Assembly: GCA_040882355.1 (NCBI GenBank) | Contig: JBBEBM010000042.1 | Span: 17,309 to 81,308, forward strand | From: Dehalococcoidia bacterium | GTDB lineage: Bacteria; Chloroflexota; Dehalococcoidia; DSTF01; RBG-16-68-14 | Direction: 5' to 3' | DNA length: 64,000 nt | Shown: positions 38,681 to 48,843 of the stretch, in pieces | Layout of the letters: every line of letters starts with the position of its first letter | How positions within the stretch are numbered: the stretch's first letter is position 1 | The notes under the pieces: model-generated | What the model was told of the DNA's origin: nothing | Databases searched by the model: none | What the model saw: only the letters and a program-made list of their open reading frames with translations | Position numbers and translations under genes: made by a program

Positions 38681-39196
38681 TTGCTCGGACGCGGGCTGTA
38701 CCGTAGCCGGCAGTTCTTCTCGTCGCTACGGCCGCGCGTAGACGCGGCAGCGCGCCATGAAGCGTTCGCGCTGCTCTCCGATGGCGAGCGGGCGCTGTTC
38801 GAGACGATGACGCCCCGCGACCAGCAGCACTGCCTGAACGTGTACCGGCGGCTGCGAGACGAAGGGCACGCCGAACGCGACCCAGATGGCCGCAGCCTGC
38901 TGGCCGCGGCGCTGTTGCACGACGCGGGGAAGGGACGGATCGCGCTGTGGCACCGGGTGGTGTTCGTGCTCCTCGAGGCGGGCGCGCCCGGCGTGCTGCG
39001 CCGCGTTGCCGAGCCTGGCGATGGCACCGGCTGGCGGCAGGCACTCCACCGCTGTCTGCACCACGCGGAGCTGGGCGCGGAGGCCGCGCGCAGCGCCGGG
39101 TCGTCCGAACGCACCGTCGCGCTGATCCGGGAAGACGGCAGCGAAGCCCCCCCGGAGCTGCTTCTGGCGCTCAAGGGCGCGGACGACTCGGTCTGA
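38681..39196 (+). CDS. HD-domain phosphohydrolase-like protein
   Basis: The product contains H...LLHDAGK. Confidence 0.55.
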   Translation: MLGRGLYRSRQFFSSLRPRVDAAARHEAFALLSDGERALFETMTPRDQQHCLNVYRRLRDEGHAERDPDGRSLLAAALLHDAGKGRIALWHRVVFVLLEAGAPGVLRRVAEPGDGTGWRQALHRCLHHAELGAEAARSAGSSERTVALIREDGSEAPPELLLALKGADDSV

Positions 39197-39206
39197 GGAG
39201 CTCGTC

Positions 39207-40226
39207 ATGACACGGATCGCGATCATCGGCCTGGGGCTCATCGGCGGTTCGCTGGCGCTTGCGCTCAAGGAGGCGAAACGCGAGGGACTGGAGATCGCCG
39301 GCTGCGACGCCGATCGCGACGTAACAGGTCGCGCGCGCAAGCAAGGTGCGATCGACGTCGATGCCGACGACGCGGCGTCGGCCGTAGAGGGGGCCGCGGT
39401 CGTGGTGATCGCGACGCCGATCCTCAGCGTGCCGAAGGTCATGGAGGAGATGGCGGGCGCGCTGGCGAGCGACGCCGTCGTGACTGACACCGCGAGCACG
39501 AAGCGCCAGGTGCTGCGCTGGGCCGCGGAGCTGTTGCCGGCCGGCGTGAGCTTCGTCGGCGGGCACCCCATCGCCGGCAAGGAGCAGTCGGGGCTGGACG
39601 CGGCCGACGCCGCGCTCTTTCAGGACCGCCCGTGGGCGATCACGCCGTCGATCAGCGCGTCGGAGCGGGCGATCAAGACCGTGGAGAACATCGCCGCGCT
39701 GACGGGCGCGCGGCCCCAGCAGATCGACGCCGAGGAGCACGACAGCTACATGGCGGCGGTCAGTCACCTGCCGCTTGTGGCGACCACGGCGCTCTTCTCG
39801 CTCGCAAGCAGCAGCCAGGCGTGGCCGGAGCTGGCATCGCTGGCGGGCCCCGGCTTTCGCGACACGACACGCCTCGCCTCGACCGACCCCGATCTGAGTC
39901 ACGACATCTGCCTCACGAACCGGGAGAACGTCCTGCACTGGATCGACCGTTATCTCGAGGAGCTGCGCCGCCTCCGCGCGCTCATCGCGGACGGCGATCA
40001 GCAGGACGAGCTGTTCAAGGCCTTCGCCAAGGCGCAGGCCGAACGCGACGCCTTTCTGGAGGCGCCACCGCAGCGCCCAAAGGGAGACGGCCCAAAGGTG
40101 CCGAGCGCGGGCGAGCAGATGATGACGTTCATGATGGGCGAATACCTGACGCGCCGGCAGAAGGACGTCAACGAGATGATCGAGCGTATGGGCCGCGAAA
40201 ACGAGCCGCGGCGAAGGCGGACCTAA
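39207..40226 (+). CDS. tyrA: prephenate (arogenate) dehydrogenase
   Basis: It has an N-terminal Rossmann fold (IAIIGLGLIGGS) and is TyrA-like. Confidence 0.88.
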   Translation: MTRIAIIGLGLIGGSLALALKEAKREGLEIAGCDADRDVTGRARKQGAIDVDADDAASAVEGAAVVVIATPILSVPKVMEEMAGALASDAVVTDTASTKRQVLRWAAELLPAGVSFVGGHPIAGKEQSGLDAADAALFQDRPWAITPSISASERAIKTVENIAALTGARPQQIDAEEHDSYMAAVSHLPLVATTALFSLASSSQAWPELASLAGPGFRDTTRLASTDPDLSHDICLTNRENVLHWIDRYLEELRRLRALIADGDQQDELFKAFAKAQAERDAFLEAPPQRPKGDGPKVPSAGEQMMTFMMGEYLTRRQKDVNEMIERMGRENEPRRRRT

Positions 40227-40229
40227 GCA

Positions 40230-41525
40230 GTGGCCACAAGTGTGACGCGTCCGGCGCGACTGCGGGGCACGGTCCGCGTGCCCGGCGACAAATCGATCTC
40301 GCACCGGACGGCGCTCCTGGGCGCGCTCGCTTCGGGAACCACGCAGGTGCGCCGCTTCCTGACGAGCGACGACTGCCTCTCGACGCTGGCCTGCCTGGAA
40401 GCGATGGGCCTCGAGTACCGGCTCGAAGATCAGGAGCCCGGCGTCGCGACACTGGAGATCGAGGGCGTCGGGCTGCGCGGGCTGCGCGAGCCCGCAGACG
40501 TGCTCGACGCGGGCAACTCCGGCACCACGCTCCGACTGCTTTCGGGCGTGCTCGCGGGTCAGCCGTTCTTCTCGGTGCTGACCGGCGACGAATCGCTGCG
40601 ATCGCGGCCGATGGACCGGATCGTGCAACCGCTGCGGCTGATGGGCGCACAGCTTTGGGCGCGCGACGGCGACCGCAGGCCGCCCCTGGCGATCCGCGGC
40701 GGCTCACTGCACGCCATCCGCTACCGCCTGCCCGTCGCGAGCGCGCAGGTCAAGTCGGCGGTTCTGCTGGCGGGGCTGTTCGCTGAGGGTGAAACGATCG
40801 TGGAGGAGCCGGAACGGACCCGCGACCACACGGAACGCCTGCTGCGCGCGATGGGCGCCGACCTCCAGCGCGAAGGGCCTGGGGTCAAGCTGGCGCCACC
40901 CGAGTCGCTGGAGTCGCTGGACCTGGAAGTACCGGGCGACCTGAGCGCGGCGGCCTTCTGGCTGGTCGCGGCCGTGGCGCACCCAGACGCGGAGATTGTC
41001 CTGCCGGCCGTGGGGGTGAACCCAACCCGAACCGGCCTGCTGGACGTACTATCGATGATGGGAGCGAGCGTCGACGTGGGTGAGCAGCGCATGGCGGGCG
41101 AGGAACCCGTGGCCGACATCACGGTTCGCAGTTCCCGGCTGAGCGGCGTTGACATCGGCGGGGAGCTGGTGCTGCGCATGATGGATGAGGCGCCCGCCTT
41201 CGCCGTCGCCGCGGCGGTGGCAGAGGGCCGCACAGTCGTTCGAGACGCGGCCGAGCTGCGGGTGAAGGAATCGGACCGGATCGCGTCGCTCGTGCGGGAG
41301 TTTTCGAAGCTAGGCGTGAGCATCGATGAGCGGCCGGACGGCTTCGCGATCGAGGGCGGGAGACCATTGAAGGGCGCGGGCGTCAGCGGGGGCGGGGACC
41401 ACCGGCTGACGATGGCGCTTGCGGTGGCGGGCCTGCTGGCGGAAGGAGAGACCGTGGTGGCAGACGACGACTCGGTAGCGGTATCCTATCCTGGGTTCTG
41501 GCGAGATCTAAGGCAGTGCACGTAA
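40230..41525 (+). CDS. aroA: 3-phosphoshikimate 1-carboxyvinyltransferase (EPSP synthase)
   Basis: The product is EPSP synthase-like along its full length (LRGTVRVPGDKSISHR..., LDAGNSGTTLRLL). Confidence 0.92.
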   Translation: MATSVTRPARLRGTVRVPGDKSISHRTALLGALASGTTQVRRFLTSDDCLSTLACLEAMGLEYRLEDQEPGVATLEIEGVGLRGLREPADVLDAGNSGTTLRLLSGVLAGQPFFSVLTGDESLRSRPMDRIVQPLRLMGAQLWARDGDRRPPLAIRGGSLHAIRYRLPVASAQVKSAVLLAGLFAEGETIVEEPERTRDHTERLLRAMGADLQREGPGVKLAPPESLESLDLEVPGDLSAAAFWLVAAVAHPDAEIVLPAVGVNPTRTGLLDVLSMMGASVDVGEQRMAGEEPVADITVRSSRLSGVDIGGELVLRMMDEAPAFAVAAAVAEGRTVVRDAAELRVKESDRIASLVREFSKLGVSIDERPDGFAIEGGRPLKGAGVSGGGDHRLTMALAVAGLLAEGETVVADDDSVAVSYPGFWRDLRQCT

Positions 41526-41568
41526 TTGCTGCGCGTGGGGGAGTGAACATGAGGGCAGGAGGCAAACC

Positions 41569-41835
41569 ATGGCAGCAGAACTCATCCACGTCGGTTTCGG
41601 CAACTTCGTGTCGGGGCAGCATTTGATCGGCATCGCCTCGCCGGGGTCGGCGCCGATCAAGCGGCTAATCCACGAGGGCCGGACCAAGGGCATGACGATC
41701 GACATGACGAGCGGTCGCCGCACCAAAGCGGTGCTCTTCATGGAGAACGGCGCGGTCGTCCTCGCGGCGATCACGCCGGAGACGATCGAAGGCCGCGTAC
41801 GCACCCGCCGCCGGCCTGAGGAGGAGGGTGAATAG
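41569..41835 (+). CDS. remA: RemA/YlzA (DUF370) family protein
   Basis: LIHVGFGNFVSGQHLIGIASPGSAPIKRLIHEGRTKGMTIDMTSGRRTKAV closely resembles B. subtilis RemA. It lies upstream of gmk, as expected. Confidence 0.85.
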   Translation: MAAELIHVGFGNFVSGQHLIGIASPGSAPIKRLIHEGRTKGMTIDMTSGRRTKAVLFMENGAVVLAAITPETIEGRVRTRRRPEEEGE

Positions 41836-42466
41836 CCGAGAGGCGCCCTCTTCTCAACAGGGGCAGGTCGCGGCCGGCCCGCTCCTCGTCGTCATTTCAG
41901 GGCCGTCGGGCGTGGGCAAGGACAGCGTGCTCGCGCGCATGCGAGAGCGCGGCCTGCCGTTTCACTTCACCGTCACGTCAACTACCCGACCCAAGCGCGA
42001 GGTGAACCCCGCCGACCACGAGTTCCTTCGCTTCCTGAGCGAGGAGGAGTTCGAGAAGCTGCTGGCTGACGACGGCCTGCTGGAGCACGCCCAGGTCTAC
42101 GGCTATCACTACGGGGTGCCGAAGGCGCCCGTGCGTGCGGCGCTGGAGCGTAGACAGGACGTGATCGTGCGGGTCGACGTGCAGGGCGCGGCCTCGATCA
42201 GAAAGGTCGCGCCGGGCGCGGTGCTCGTGTTCCTGACGGCGCCGTCTGTTGAGGAACTCGAGACGCGGCTGCGGGCGCGCGGCCTTGACGACCCGGAGGC
42301 GATGCGCCGGCGGCTGGAGAAGGCCTCGTGGGAGCAAGAACAGCTCCCGAACTTCGACTACGTCGTGGTGAACGAGCGCGACCGGCTGGACGAGGCGGTG
42401 GACACGGTGCTGGCGATCGTGACAGCGGAGCGGTGTCGCGTGGGGCGGCAGCGGGTGGTGGTGTAG
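41828..42466 (+). CDS. gmk: guanylate kinase
   Basis: It has the P-loop GPSGVGKDS and the TTRPKR motif. Confidence 0.9.
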   Translation: MNSREAPSSQQGQVAAGPLLVVISGPSGVGKDSVLARMRERGLPFHFTVTSTTRPKREVNPADHEFLRFLSEEEFEKLLADDGLLEHAQVYGYHYGVPKAPVRAALERRQDVIVRVDVQGAASIRKVAPGAVLVFLTAPSVEELETRLRARGLDDPEAMRRRLEKASWEQEQLPNFDYVVVNERDRLDEAVDTVLAIVTAERCRVGRQRVVV

Positions 42467-42594
42467 ACACGTCTGCGGGATAAGTCCCGCACCTTCTCAC
42501 CAGCAAAGCCCGGCCGGCGGATTGCCAGGTGAAGCCTGGCCTTCGAGCCTGCCCAACAAAAGCCTCGCCTACGTATATTGGGTATGCTGCGCGC

Positions 42595-43500
42595 ATGGGC
42601 GAGTCTGTGACCGTGCGCGTGCCCGCTACGAGCGCGAACCTGGGGCCGGGCTTTGATTGCCTCGGGCTGGCGCTGGCGATCACCGCGGACGTGACGATCT
42701 CGCTGGGGGCGGCGCCACGTGAGCCGTCCGGGGGCCTGACGGCGCTGGTAACGGCCGGGGCACGGGCGGCGTATCGCGCCGCGGGCCGGCCGGAGCCGGG
42801 CGACCTAACGGTGACGCTGAAGGGGAGCATCCCGATCGCCCGCGGGCTGGGAGCGAGCGCGGCGGGGCGGGCGGCCGGCCTGGTGGGCGCGAACGCGCTG
42901 ATGGGCGAGCCGCTCTCAACCGACGAGCTGCTGGCGCTGGGGGCGGAGCTGGAGACGCACGCGGACAACATGGCACCCGCGCTCTTCGGCGGGTTTCAGG
43001 CCGTCGCGCGCGAGGAAGGTCGCTGGCTGCACGTCGGCGTGCCGCTGGCTGTCGGTCTGAAGGTCGTGCTCTTCGTGCCCGACTTCGAGATGCCGACGCA
43101 GGAGAGCCGCAGGCGGCTGCCGAAGCAGCTCAGCCGCGAGGACGCGGTGTTCAACTCGCAACGAGTCGCGCTGCTTGTCGCGGCGCTGTCGCAGGGCCGC
43201 TGGGACCTGCTGGATGCGGCGACGCAGGACCGGCTCCACCAGCCCGTCCGCGCCGAGATCTTCCCGGCCCTGAACGACATCTTCGCCGCGGCGAAGCAGG
43301 GGGGTGCTCACGCGGCCTACCTCTCGGGTGCGGGCTCGACGGTCGCGGCGCTCGCGACTGAGGGCGAGGAACGCCCAGACGGGCCTTCTTGCGAACGGAT
43401 CGCGCGGCTGATGCAGCAGGCGGGTGTCGCGCGCGGCTACAGCGGCCGCACGCTGATCACGGAGCCAAGCGCCGAGGGAGCGACCGTACAGCGAAGCTAA
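42595..43500 (+). CDS. thrB: homoserine kinase (GHMP kinase)
   Basis: The product is MGESVTVRVPATSANLGPGFDCLGLAL... The ORF track starts at 42529, but the conserved start is the ATG at 42595. Confidence 0.85.
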   Translation: MGESVTVRVPATSANLGPGFDCLGLALAITADVTISLGAAPREPSGGLTALVTAGARAAYRAAGRPEPGDLTVTLKGSIPIARGLGASAAGRAAGLVGANALMGEPLSTDELLALGAELETHADNMAPALFGGFQAVAREEGRWLHVGVPLAVGLKVVLFVPDFEMPTQESRRRLPKQLSREDAVFNSQRVALLVAALSQGRWDLLDAATQDRLHQPVRAEIFPALNDIFAAAKQGGAHAAYLSGAGSTVAALATEGEERPDGPSCERIARLMQQAGVARGYSGRTLITEPSAEGATVQRS

Positions 43501-44390
43501 CGGTCCGCTTCGTAGATGTCGAGCACCGCGTCTACGCCCAAAGCGAGGCCGACGGCGACAGGCAGGGCGACCGCGACCCAGAGCACCCACGGTGACGGGC
43601 CAGTGCCATCGCGAGCCTCCATACCGTCGCCAGATCGCGAGGCAAGCAGCGCCGCGACCGGAGGCACGATCACGACGTAGAGTGGCAGCGCGGCGGCAGC
43701 GACAACCTCAGCCACTCCGTTGGTGCCGTCCTGGCCCAGGAAGGGCAGTCCGAGGGCGATCGGAACGGCCAGCGTTCCCGCGATGCTGTAGACGGTCAAC
43801 GAAACCGCCGCGGCCACTGTCGATTCAAAGGGAAGCGCAGGCGAACTGGCGAGGCCTCCAAACGAAAGCCGGGGAAGGAGGCGGTCGACCCAGTCGAACA
43901 GCGGGACGATCAGCACGCCGAAAAGGAGGAACACGGCTGCGAACAGCCCGATATTGAGGGCGGGCGGACCGAACCGGTGGAAGTCGGGGTTGTCGCCGTC
44001 GATGATCATCCAGCCGAACGTCGCGAGCAGGAACGCGCCGAAGAGCACGCCTCGCCACGGCCCGGCGGCGGTCAGCCACTGATGGTTCGCCAGGTAGACG
44101 AGGCCGACGATCAGGCCGGTCAGGAGCCCGCCGAAGATGACCAGCTCCAGCGTGCCACCGAGCGTGATCTCGCCGACGACCTGTTCGGCGTCCGTCAACC
44201 CGCCCTGCTCCGCCTCGGGAGCGGCGATGGCGCTGATGCGCATCGCGATGCGCGACCCGATACCTCCGGCAAGCCCGCCCGCGAGGAATCCCGCGAACAA
44301 GGCGATCGTGAGCAACCGCGCGAATGTCCAGGCGGCCCGTTCGAGGGGGTGCGGACGAGCGCCGGACTGCAGCTTTGTTTCGCTGGTCAT
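43497..44390 (-). CDS. hypothetical polytopic membrane protein
   Basis: It has at least six predicted hydrophobic helices and no recognisable catalytic motif. Confidence 0.45.
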   Translation of the reverse strand: MTSETKLQSGARPHPLERAAWTFARLLTIALFAGFLAGGLAGGIGSRIAMRISAIAAPEAEQGGLTDAEQVVGEITLGGTLELVIFGGLLTGLIVGLVYLANHQWLTAAGPWRGVLFGAFLLATFGWMIIDGDNPDFHRFGPPALNIGLFAAVFLLFGVLIVPLFDWVDRLLPRLSFGGLASSPALPFESTVAAAVSLTVYSIAGTLAVPIALGLPFLGQDGTNGVAEVVAAAALPLYVVIVPPVAALLASRSGDGMEARDGTGPSPWVLWVAVALPVAVGLALGVDAVLDIYEADR

Positions 44391-44496
44391 GCTCCCTCCC
44401 GTTCGACGTGGATTGCCGGCATTGTAGCAGCCCGCTAGCCGCTGTTCCTACGCTGGACGGCCATGCGATAGAGTACGACTACAGGTCAGACATCCA

Positions 44497-45741
44497 ATGT
44501 CTCTCATCGTCCAGAAGTACGGCGGCACGTCCGTAGCCGACGCCGAGCGGATCAAGAACGTGGCGCGTCGCGTGGCCGCGCGTCATCGTTCGGGCGACCG
44601 GCTGGTCGTCGTCGTGTCCGCGATGGGTCACACGACAGACGAGCTGCGCGATCTGGCGCTTCAGATCACCGCCCAGCCGAACGCGCGCGAGCTCGACATC
44701 CTGCTCGCGACCGGCGAGACGGTCTCGACGACGCTGGTGGCCATGGCGCTCCACGCGCTCGGCGTCGACGCGATCAGCCTCTCGGGCGCGCAGGCGGGCC
44801 TGACGACGGACCCGGTGCACGGACGCGCGCGCATCCTGCAGCTCCAGCCCGACCGGATCCGCCGCGAGCTGGAGGAGGGCCGCGTGGTGGTGGTCGCGGG
44901 GTTCCAGGGGATCACGGAGGAGATGGAGATCACCACGCTAGGCCGGGGCGCATCGGACACGACGGCGGTGGCGCTGGCGGCGGCGCTGGGCGCGCAGCAG
45001 TGCGAAATCTACACCGACGTCGACGGCGTCTACACCGCAGACCCGCGCATTGAGCCGTCGGCGCGAAAGCTGCGCGACATCAGCTACGACGAGATGCTGG
45101 AGCTGGCCGCTGTCGGCGCGAAGGTGATGCACCCGCGCGCGGTGGAGCTGGGCGCTGTCTACGGCGTCGAGATCGTCGTCGCGTCCAGCTTCAAAGAGGA
45201 GCCCGGCACCCTGATCCACGGAGGCGTGAGCATGGAGCAGTTCAATAAAGTACGCGGCATCGCCCAGGACATGGACGTGGCGAAGGTGACGCTGCGCGCC
45301 GTGCCCGACCGGCCGGGCATCGCCGCGGCGATCTTCGAGCCGCTGGCGGAGCACCACGTCTCGGTGGACACGATCGTGCAGAACGCGAGCCTGGAGCAGC
45401 TCACCGACCTGACGTTCACCGTTTCGAGCGACGACCTGCCGAAGGCGGCGCCGATCGTCGAGAAGCTGGCTCGGGAGATGGGCGCGGGTGAGGTCGTGGC
45501 GGAGAGCGGCCTGGGTAAGGTGAGCATCGTGGGCACCGGCATGCAGTCGGCGCCCGGTTACGCCGCGCGCATGTTCCGCGCCCTCTCCGACGCCGGCATC
45601 AACATCGACATCATCTCGACGGGCGAGATCCGGATCACGTGCATCATTCAGCGCGACGACGTAGAGCGTGCGGTACAGGCGCTGCACAAGGCCTTCGAGC
45701 TGGAGAAGGCGGAGCCGGACGCGCTGGCGCCGAAGGCGTAA
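44497..45741 (+). CDS. lysC: aspartate kinase
   Basis: MSLIVQKYGGTSVADAERI... is followed by two C-terminal ACT domains. Confidence 0.92.
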   Translation: MSLIVQKYGGTSVADAERIKNVARRVAARHRSGDRLVVVVSAMGHTTDELRDLALQITAQPNARELDILLATGETVSTTLVAMALHALGVDAISLSGAQAGLTTDPVHGRARILQLQPDRIRRELEEGRVVVVAGFQGITEEMEITTLGRGASDTTAVALAAALGAQQCEIYTDVDGVYTADPRIEPSARKLRDISYDEMLELAAVGAKVMHPRAVELGAVYGVEIVVASSFKEEPGTLIHGGVSMEQFNKVRGIAQDMDVAKVTLRAVPDRPGIAAAIFEPLAEHHVSVDTIVQNASLEQLTDLTFTVSSDDLPKAAPIVEKLAREMGAGEVVAESGLGKVSIVGTGMQSAPGYAARMFRALSDAGINIDIISTGEIRITCIIQRDDVERAVQALHKAFELEKAEPDALAPKA

Positions 45742-45746
45742 CAACC

Positions 45747-46511
45747 TTGACACCCGATGTTGACGCGCTCGTCGCGCGCTTCGTGCGCGCGTGCCTGGAG
45801 GTGTTCGGCGAGCAGGGCGTCGAGGGGATCGTGCTGCACGGCTCGGTGGTGAAGGGCGGCAGCATCGAGGGCTTCTCGGACGTCGACTTCATGGTCTTCC
45901 TCACGCCGGACGCATTCGATCCGGAGGGAAACCTGCCGGACGACATGGCGTTCGCGATGCAGGAGCGCATCGGCCCGCTGCCGTGGCGCGAGGCGGGCAT
46001 ACTGTACCCGCAGGCCTACTTCTACGACGCGCGCCGGCTGCCCGACTGGTGGTCGGGCCCGGCGGCGGGGTCGTTTAGGGTGCTCTTGGGCAGGCTGCCA
46101 GACGAAGCCGCGCCCACAGCCGAGCGGCTCCGAGCGAGCGCCGCACGCTACCTTCGAGACGAATTGTCGAAACGAATCACCTCGAGCGTGCAGAACTTCG
46201 CGGACGGAGACGACGCATCGCTTTCGCGGCGGGTGCGCCTGCTCGGCACCGACGTGACGCCGGCGGTGTTCTCGCTGGTAACGCCCGCCAGCGACGACCC
46301 GCTCGAGCTGTGGGCGCTTCACAAGTTCGAGGCGCTCGCGCGACTGGAGGCGCTGTACCCGGGCAACGACGGCCCTGCCCTCGGCCGGCGATTCTACGAG
46401 CAGGTGGGCGCGCTCTACGGCCACGAGCCGTTCGACGCGGAGCTGGCGCGGCAGGCGTTTCGCACGGGCGTGGCGTTTCTGCGCTGGGCGGAGAAGGTAG
46501 CGAAGACGTAA
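45747..46511 (+). CDS. nucleotidyltransferase-domain protein (pol-beta superfamily; aminoglycoside/lincosamide NTase-like)
   Basis: It has the motif GIVLHGSVVKGGSIEGFSDVDFMVFL. The start is uncertain (TTG at 45747); the ORF track extends to 45639, overlapping lysC. Confidence 0.55.
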   Translation: MTPDVDALVARFVRACLEVFGEQGVEGIVLHGSVVKGGSIEGFSDVDFMVFLTPDAFDPEGNLPDDMAFAMQERIGPLPWREAGILYPQAYFYDARRLPDWWSGPAAGSFRVLLGRLPDEAAPTAERLRASAARYLRDELSKRITSSVQNFADGDDASLSRRVRLLGTDVTPAVFSLVTPASDDPLELWALHKFEALARLEALYPGNDGPALGRRFYEQVGALYGHEPFDAELARQAFRTGVAFLRWAEKVAKT

Positions 46512-46527
46512 CGAGCAGCCGGCGGGG

Positions 46528-48843
46528 CTAGGCCGCCGCCTGCAACGGCTCGGCTTCGTCGACTAAGAGCTCCCTGAAGACCCGCGCGATGTCGGGGTCG
46601 AACTGGGTGCCGGCTCCCTCCTCTAGTTCTCGCAACACGTGTTCCAGCGTGAGCGCCTTGCGATAGGGGCGATCCAGGACCATGGCGGAATAGGCATCGG
46701 CGATGGCGATGATCCTCCCTAAGACGGGGATCTGCTTGCCCTTGAGGCCACGCGGATAGCCCTTGCCGTCGTAGCGCTCGTGGTGGCAGGAGACGGCCTG
46801 GAGGACGTCTTTGAGTTGCGGTACCTCCCTGATCAGCACCTCGCCGATGACGACGTGACGCTTGATGGCTTCGTATTCATCGGGATCCAACGCAGCTGGC
46901 TTCTTCAGCACTTCATCGGGCACGGCCAGCTTGCCGACGTCGTGGAGGAGGCCGGCGATGCGCAGCGCGCGTTGCGCCTGCTGCGACAGGCCCAAGCGGG
47001 CCGCGAGCTTCATGCCATACTCGGCGACGACGTCGCTATGGTCCTTCGTATAGCGGTCTTTCACATCGATCGCCTGGACGAGGCTGTCCAGCACGCCAAA
47101 GGCTGTATCGCCGCGGCGAGCGTCGGTGATCTGGCTGGCGCCGGGGCGACGGTTCACGCGTTCACGCTTTGCGTGATACATGGCGGCGTCGGCGGCAGCG
47201 ATGAGCTTCTCCAACGTTGTGGCGTCGCGCGGCAGGGACGCGACACCGACCGCGACGCTGACCGGGATTCTGTCGCCCGATTCGGTCCGAAACTCGCTCG
47301 CTCCAAGGAACGTCGCGATGCGCCGGGCCACGGTAAGGGCGGCCCGGTGGCCGCGGCCGGGCAGGACAAGGAGAAACTCATCACCTCCGTAGCGGCTGGC
47401 CAGGTCGCGCGTTTCACAGCTCTCCCGCAAGATACCGCCCACCAGCCGCAGGATATCGTCGCCGGCCGCATGGCCGTACGTGTCGTTGAACAGCTTGAAG
47501 CCGTCGATGTCAGTGAGCACGAGCGAGAGCGGCCGCTTCCGCCCGCGCGCCTCTTCAATAGCCTGCGCCAGGTGGATGTGAGCGCCGCGATGGTTGGCAA
47601 GACCGGTGAGCGGGTCCGTGACGGCTTGCTGATGCTCGACCTCGACGGCGCGCTCCAGCCGTTGCGCATACTCCCGTAGCTGCGTTTGCGAGTCCGCGAT
47701 CTCGCTGTGGGCGTCGGTGAGGTGCTCGTTCAGGCGCTGCAGCTCGGCGGCGTGCGAGCGTAGCTCAAGCTCGGCCTGGCGCCGCTCGGTGATGTCGCGA
47801 AAGCTCCAGACCCGGCCCGGCAGGCCCTCACCCGCCACCAGCGGACGGGACAGCAGCTCGAAGACGCGGCCATCCTTGAAGAAGATCGTGTCGGTAGCCG
47901 TGTCGGTGCTCTGATAGAGCTCGCGGACGGTCGTGGTAAAGCCGTGGGGGTCGTGAAGCTGATCGAGCGTGTGCTTCAGGATTTCGGCGCCGTCGCGTTC
48001 GGCCAGGAGGGCTTCGGGCACGCGCCACATCTCGGCCAGGCGCGAGTTCGCGTAGGACACGCGGCCGGTGTTGGTGACCACCAGAATGCCGTCCTCAGTA
48101 GAGTCGATGGTCGCGCGCAGCGTCGCCTCGCGCTCCCTGAGCGCCTCCTGCGCGCGCTGATGCTCTATCGCAATGCCTGCCAGGTGAGTCGACCGTTCGA
48201 CTCGCCGCATGTCGTGATCCGTAGCGGCGCGCGGCCCGGGCCAGTAGACAGCGAAAGCGCCCAGGACGTCGCCGGCGGCGGAGAAGATGGGCGTGGCGCA
48301 GCACCCGAGCGGGCCGAAGCGGTCGGTCAAGGCGGCCATCGTTTCGCCTAACGGATCGGTGGAGAGGTCGGCGACGACGACCGGCTGCTTGAGGTAGGCG
48401 GCGGCGGCGCAGGGCGACGCGTTCGGACCAATGGGCAGACCGTCGATCGCGTCCTTGTACGCTGGCGGCAGGTTCGGCGCCGCACCAAAACGGAGCTGAT
48501 CTCCTTCCAGGAGCGCGACTGCGCCGAGCGCGTCCGGCGCCTCCTCTTGAACGGCCCTGCAGAGCGCGTCAAGGATGCCTGCGAGGGGAGCGCCGTTGGC
48601 GATCATCTCGAGGATGCGTTTTTCGGTCGCGAGGCGCTCGTAGAGCTGCTTCATCTCCCCCGACGAGATCGTCAGCGCCCGTTCAAGCGTGTAGCGGTCT
48701 TGGTCCGCCTCCCGATAGCTGCGTTGGACGTGCTCCAGGAACGACCGCCAGAGGTCAGTGGTAACGGGGGCGCATTGGTGCCGGAGTCCCAGCCTCCGCA
48801 ACTGGAGCTCGAGCAGCGGATGGAGGTCGTTTTCAGCGTTCAC
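46528..48843 (-). CDS. GAF-PAS-GGDEF-HD-GYP signalling protein (c-di-GMP turnover)
   Basis: It has an RYGGDEF motif and HD-GYP signatures (LLHDVGK...HHERYDGKGYPRGL). Confidence 0.85.
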   Translation of the reverse strand: MNAENDLHPLLELQLRRLGLRHQCAPVTTDLWRSFLEHVQRSYREADQDRYTLERALTISSGEMKQLYERLATEKRILEMIANGAPLAGILDALCRAVQEEAPDALGAVALLEGDQLRFGAAPNLPPAYKDAIDGLPIGPNASPCAAAAYLKQPVVVADLSTDPLGETMAALTDRFGPLGCCATPIFSAAGDVLGAFAVYWPGPRAATDHDMRRVERSTHLAGIAIEHQRAQEALREREATLRATIDSTEDGILVVTNTGRVSYANSRLAEMWRVPEALLAERDGAEILKHTLDQLHDPHGFTTTVRELYQSTDTATDTIFFKDGRVFELLSRPLVAGEGLPGRVWSFRDITERRQAELELRSHAAELQRLNEHLTDAHSEIADSQTQLREYAQRLERAVEVEHQQAVTDPLTGLANHRGAHIHLAQAIEEARGRKRPLSLVLTDIDGFKLFNDTYGHAAGDDILRLVGGILRESCETRDLASRYGGDEFLLVLPGRGHRAALTVARRIATFLGASEFRTESGDRIPVSVAVGVASLPRDATTLEKLIAAADAAMYHAKRERVNRRPGASQITDARRGDTAFGVLDSLVQAIDVKDRYTKDHSDVVAEYGMKLAARLGLSQQAQRALRIAGLLHDVGKLAVPDEVLKKPAALDPDEYEAIKRHVVIGEVLIREVPQLKDVLQAVSCHHERYDGKGYPRGLKGKQIPVLGRIIAIADAYSAMVLDRPYRKALTLEHVLRELEEGAGTQFDPDIARVFRELLVDEAEPLQAAA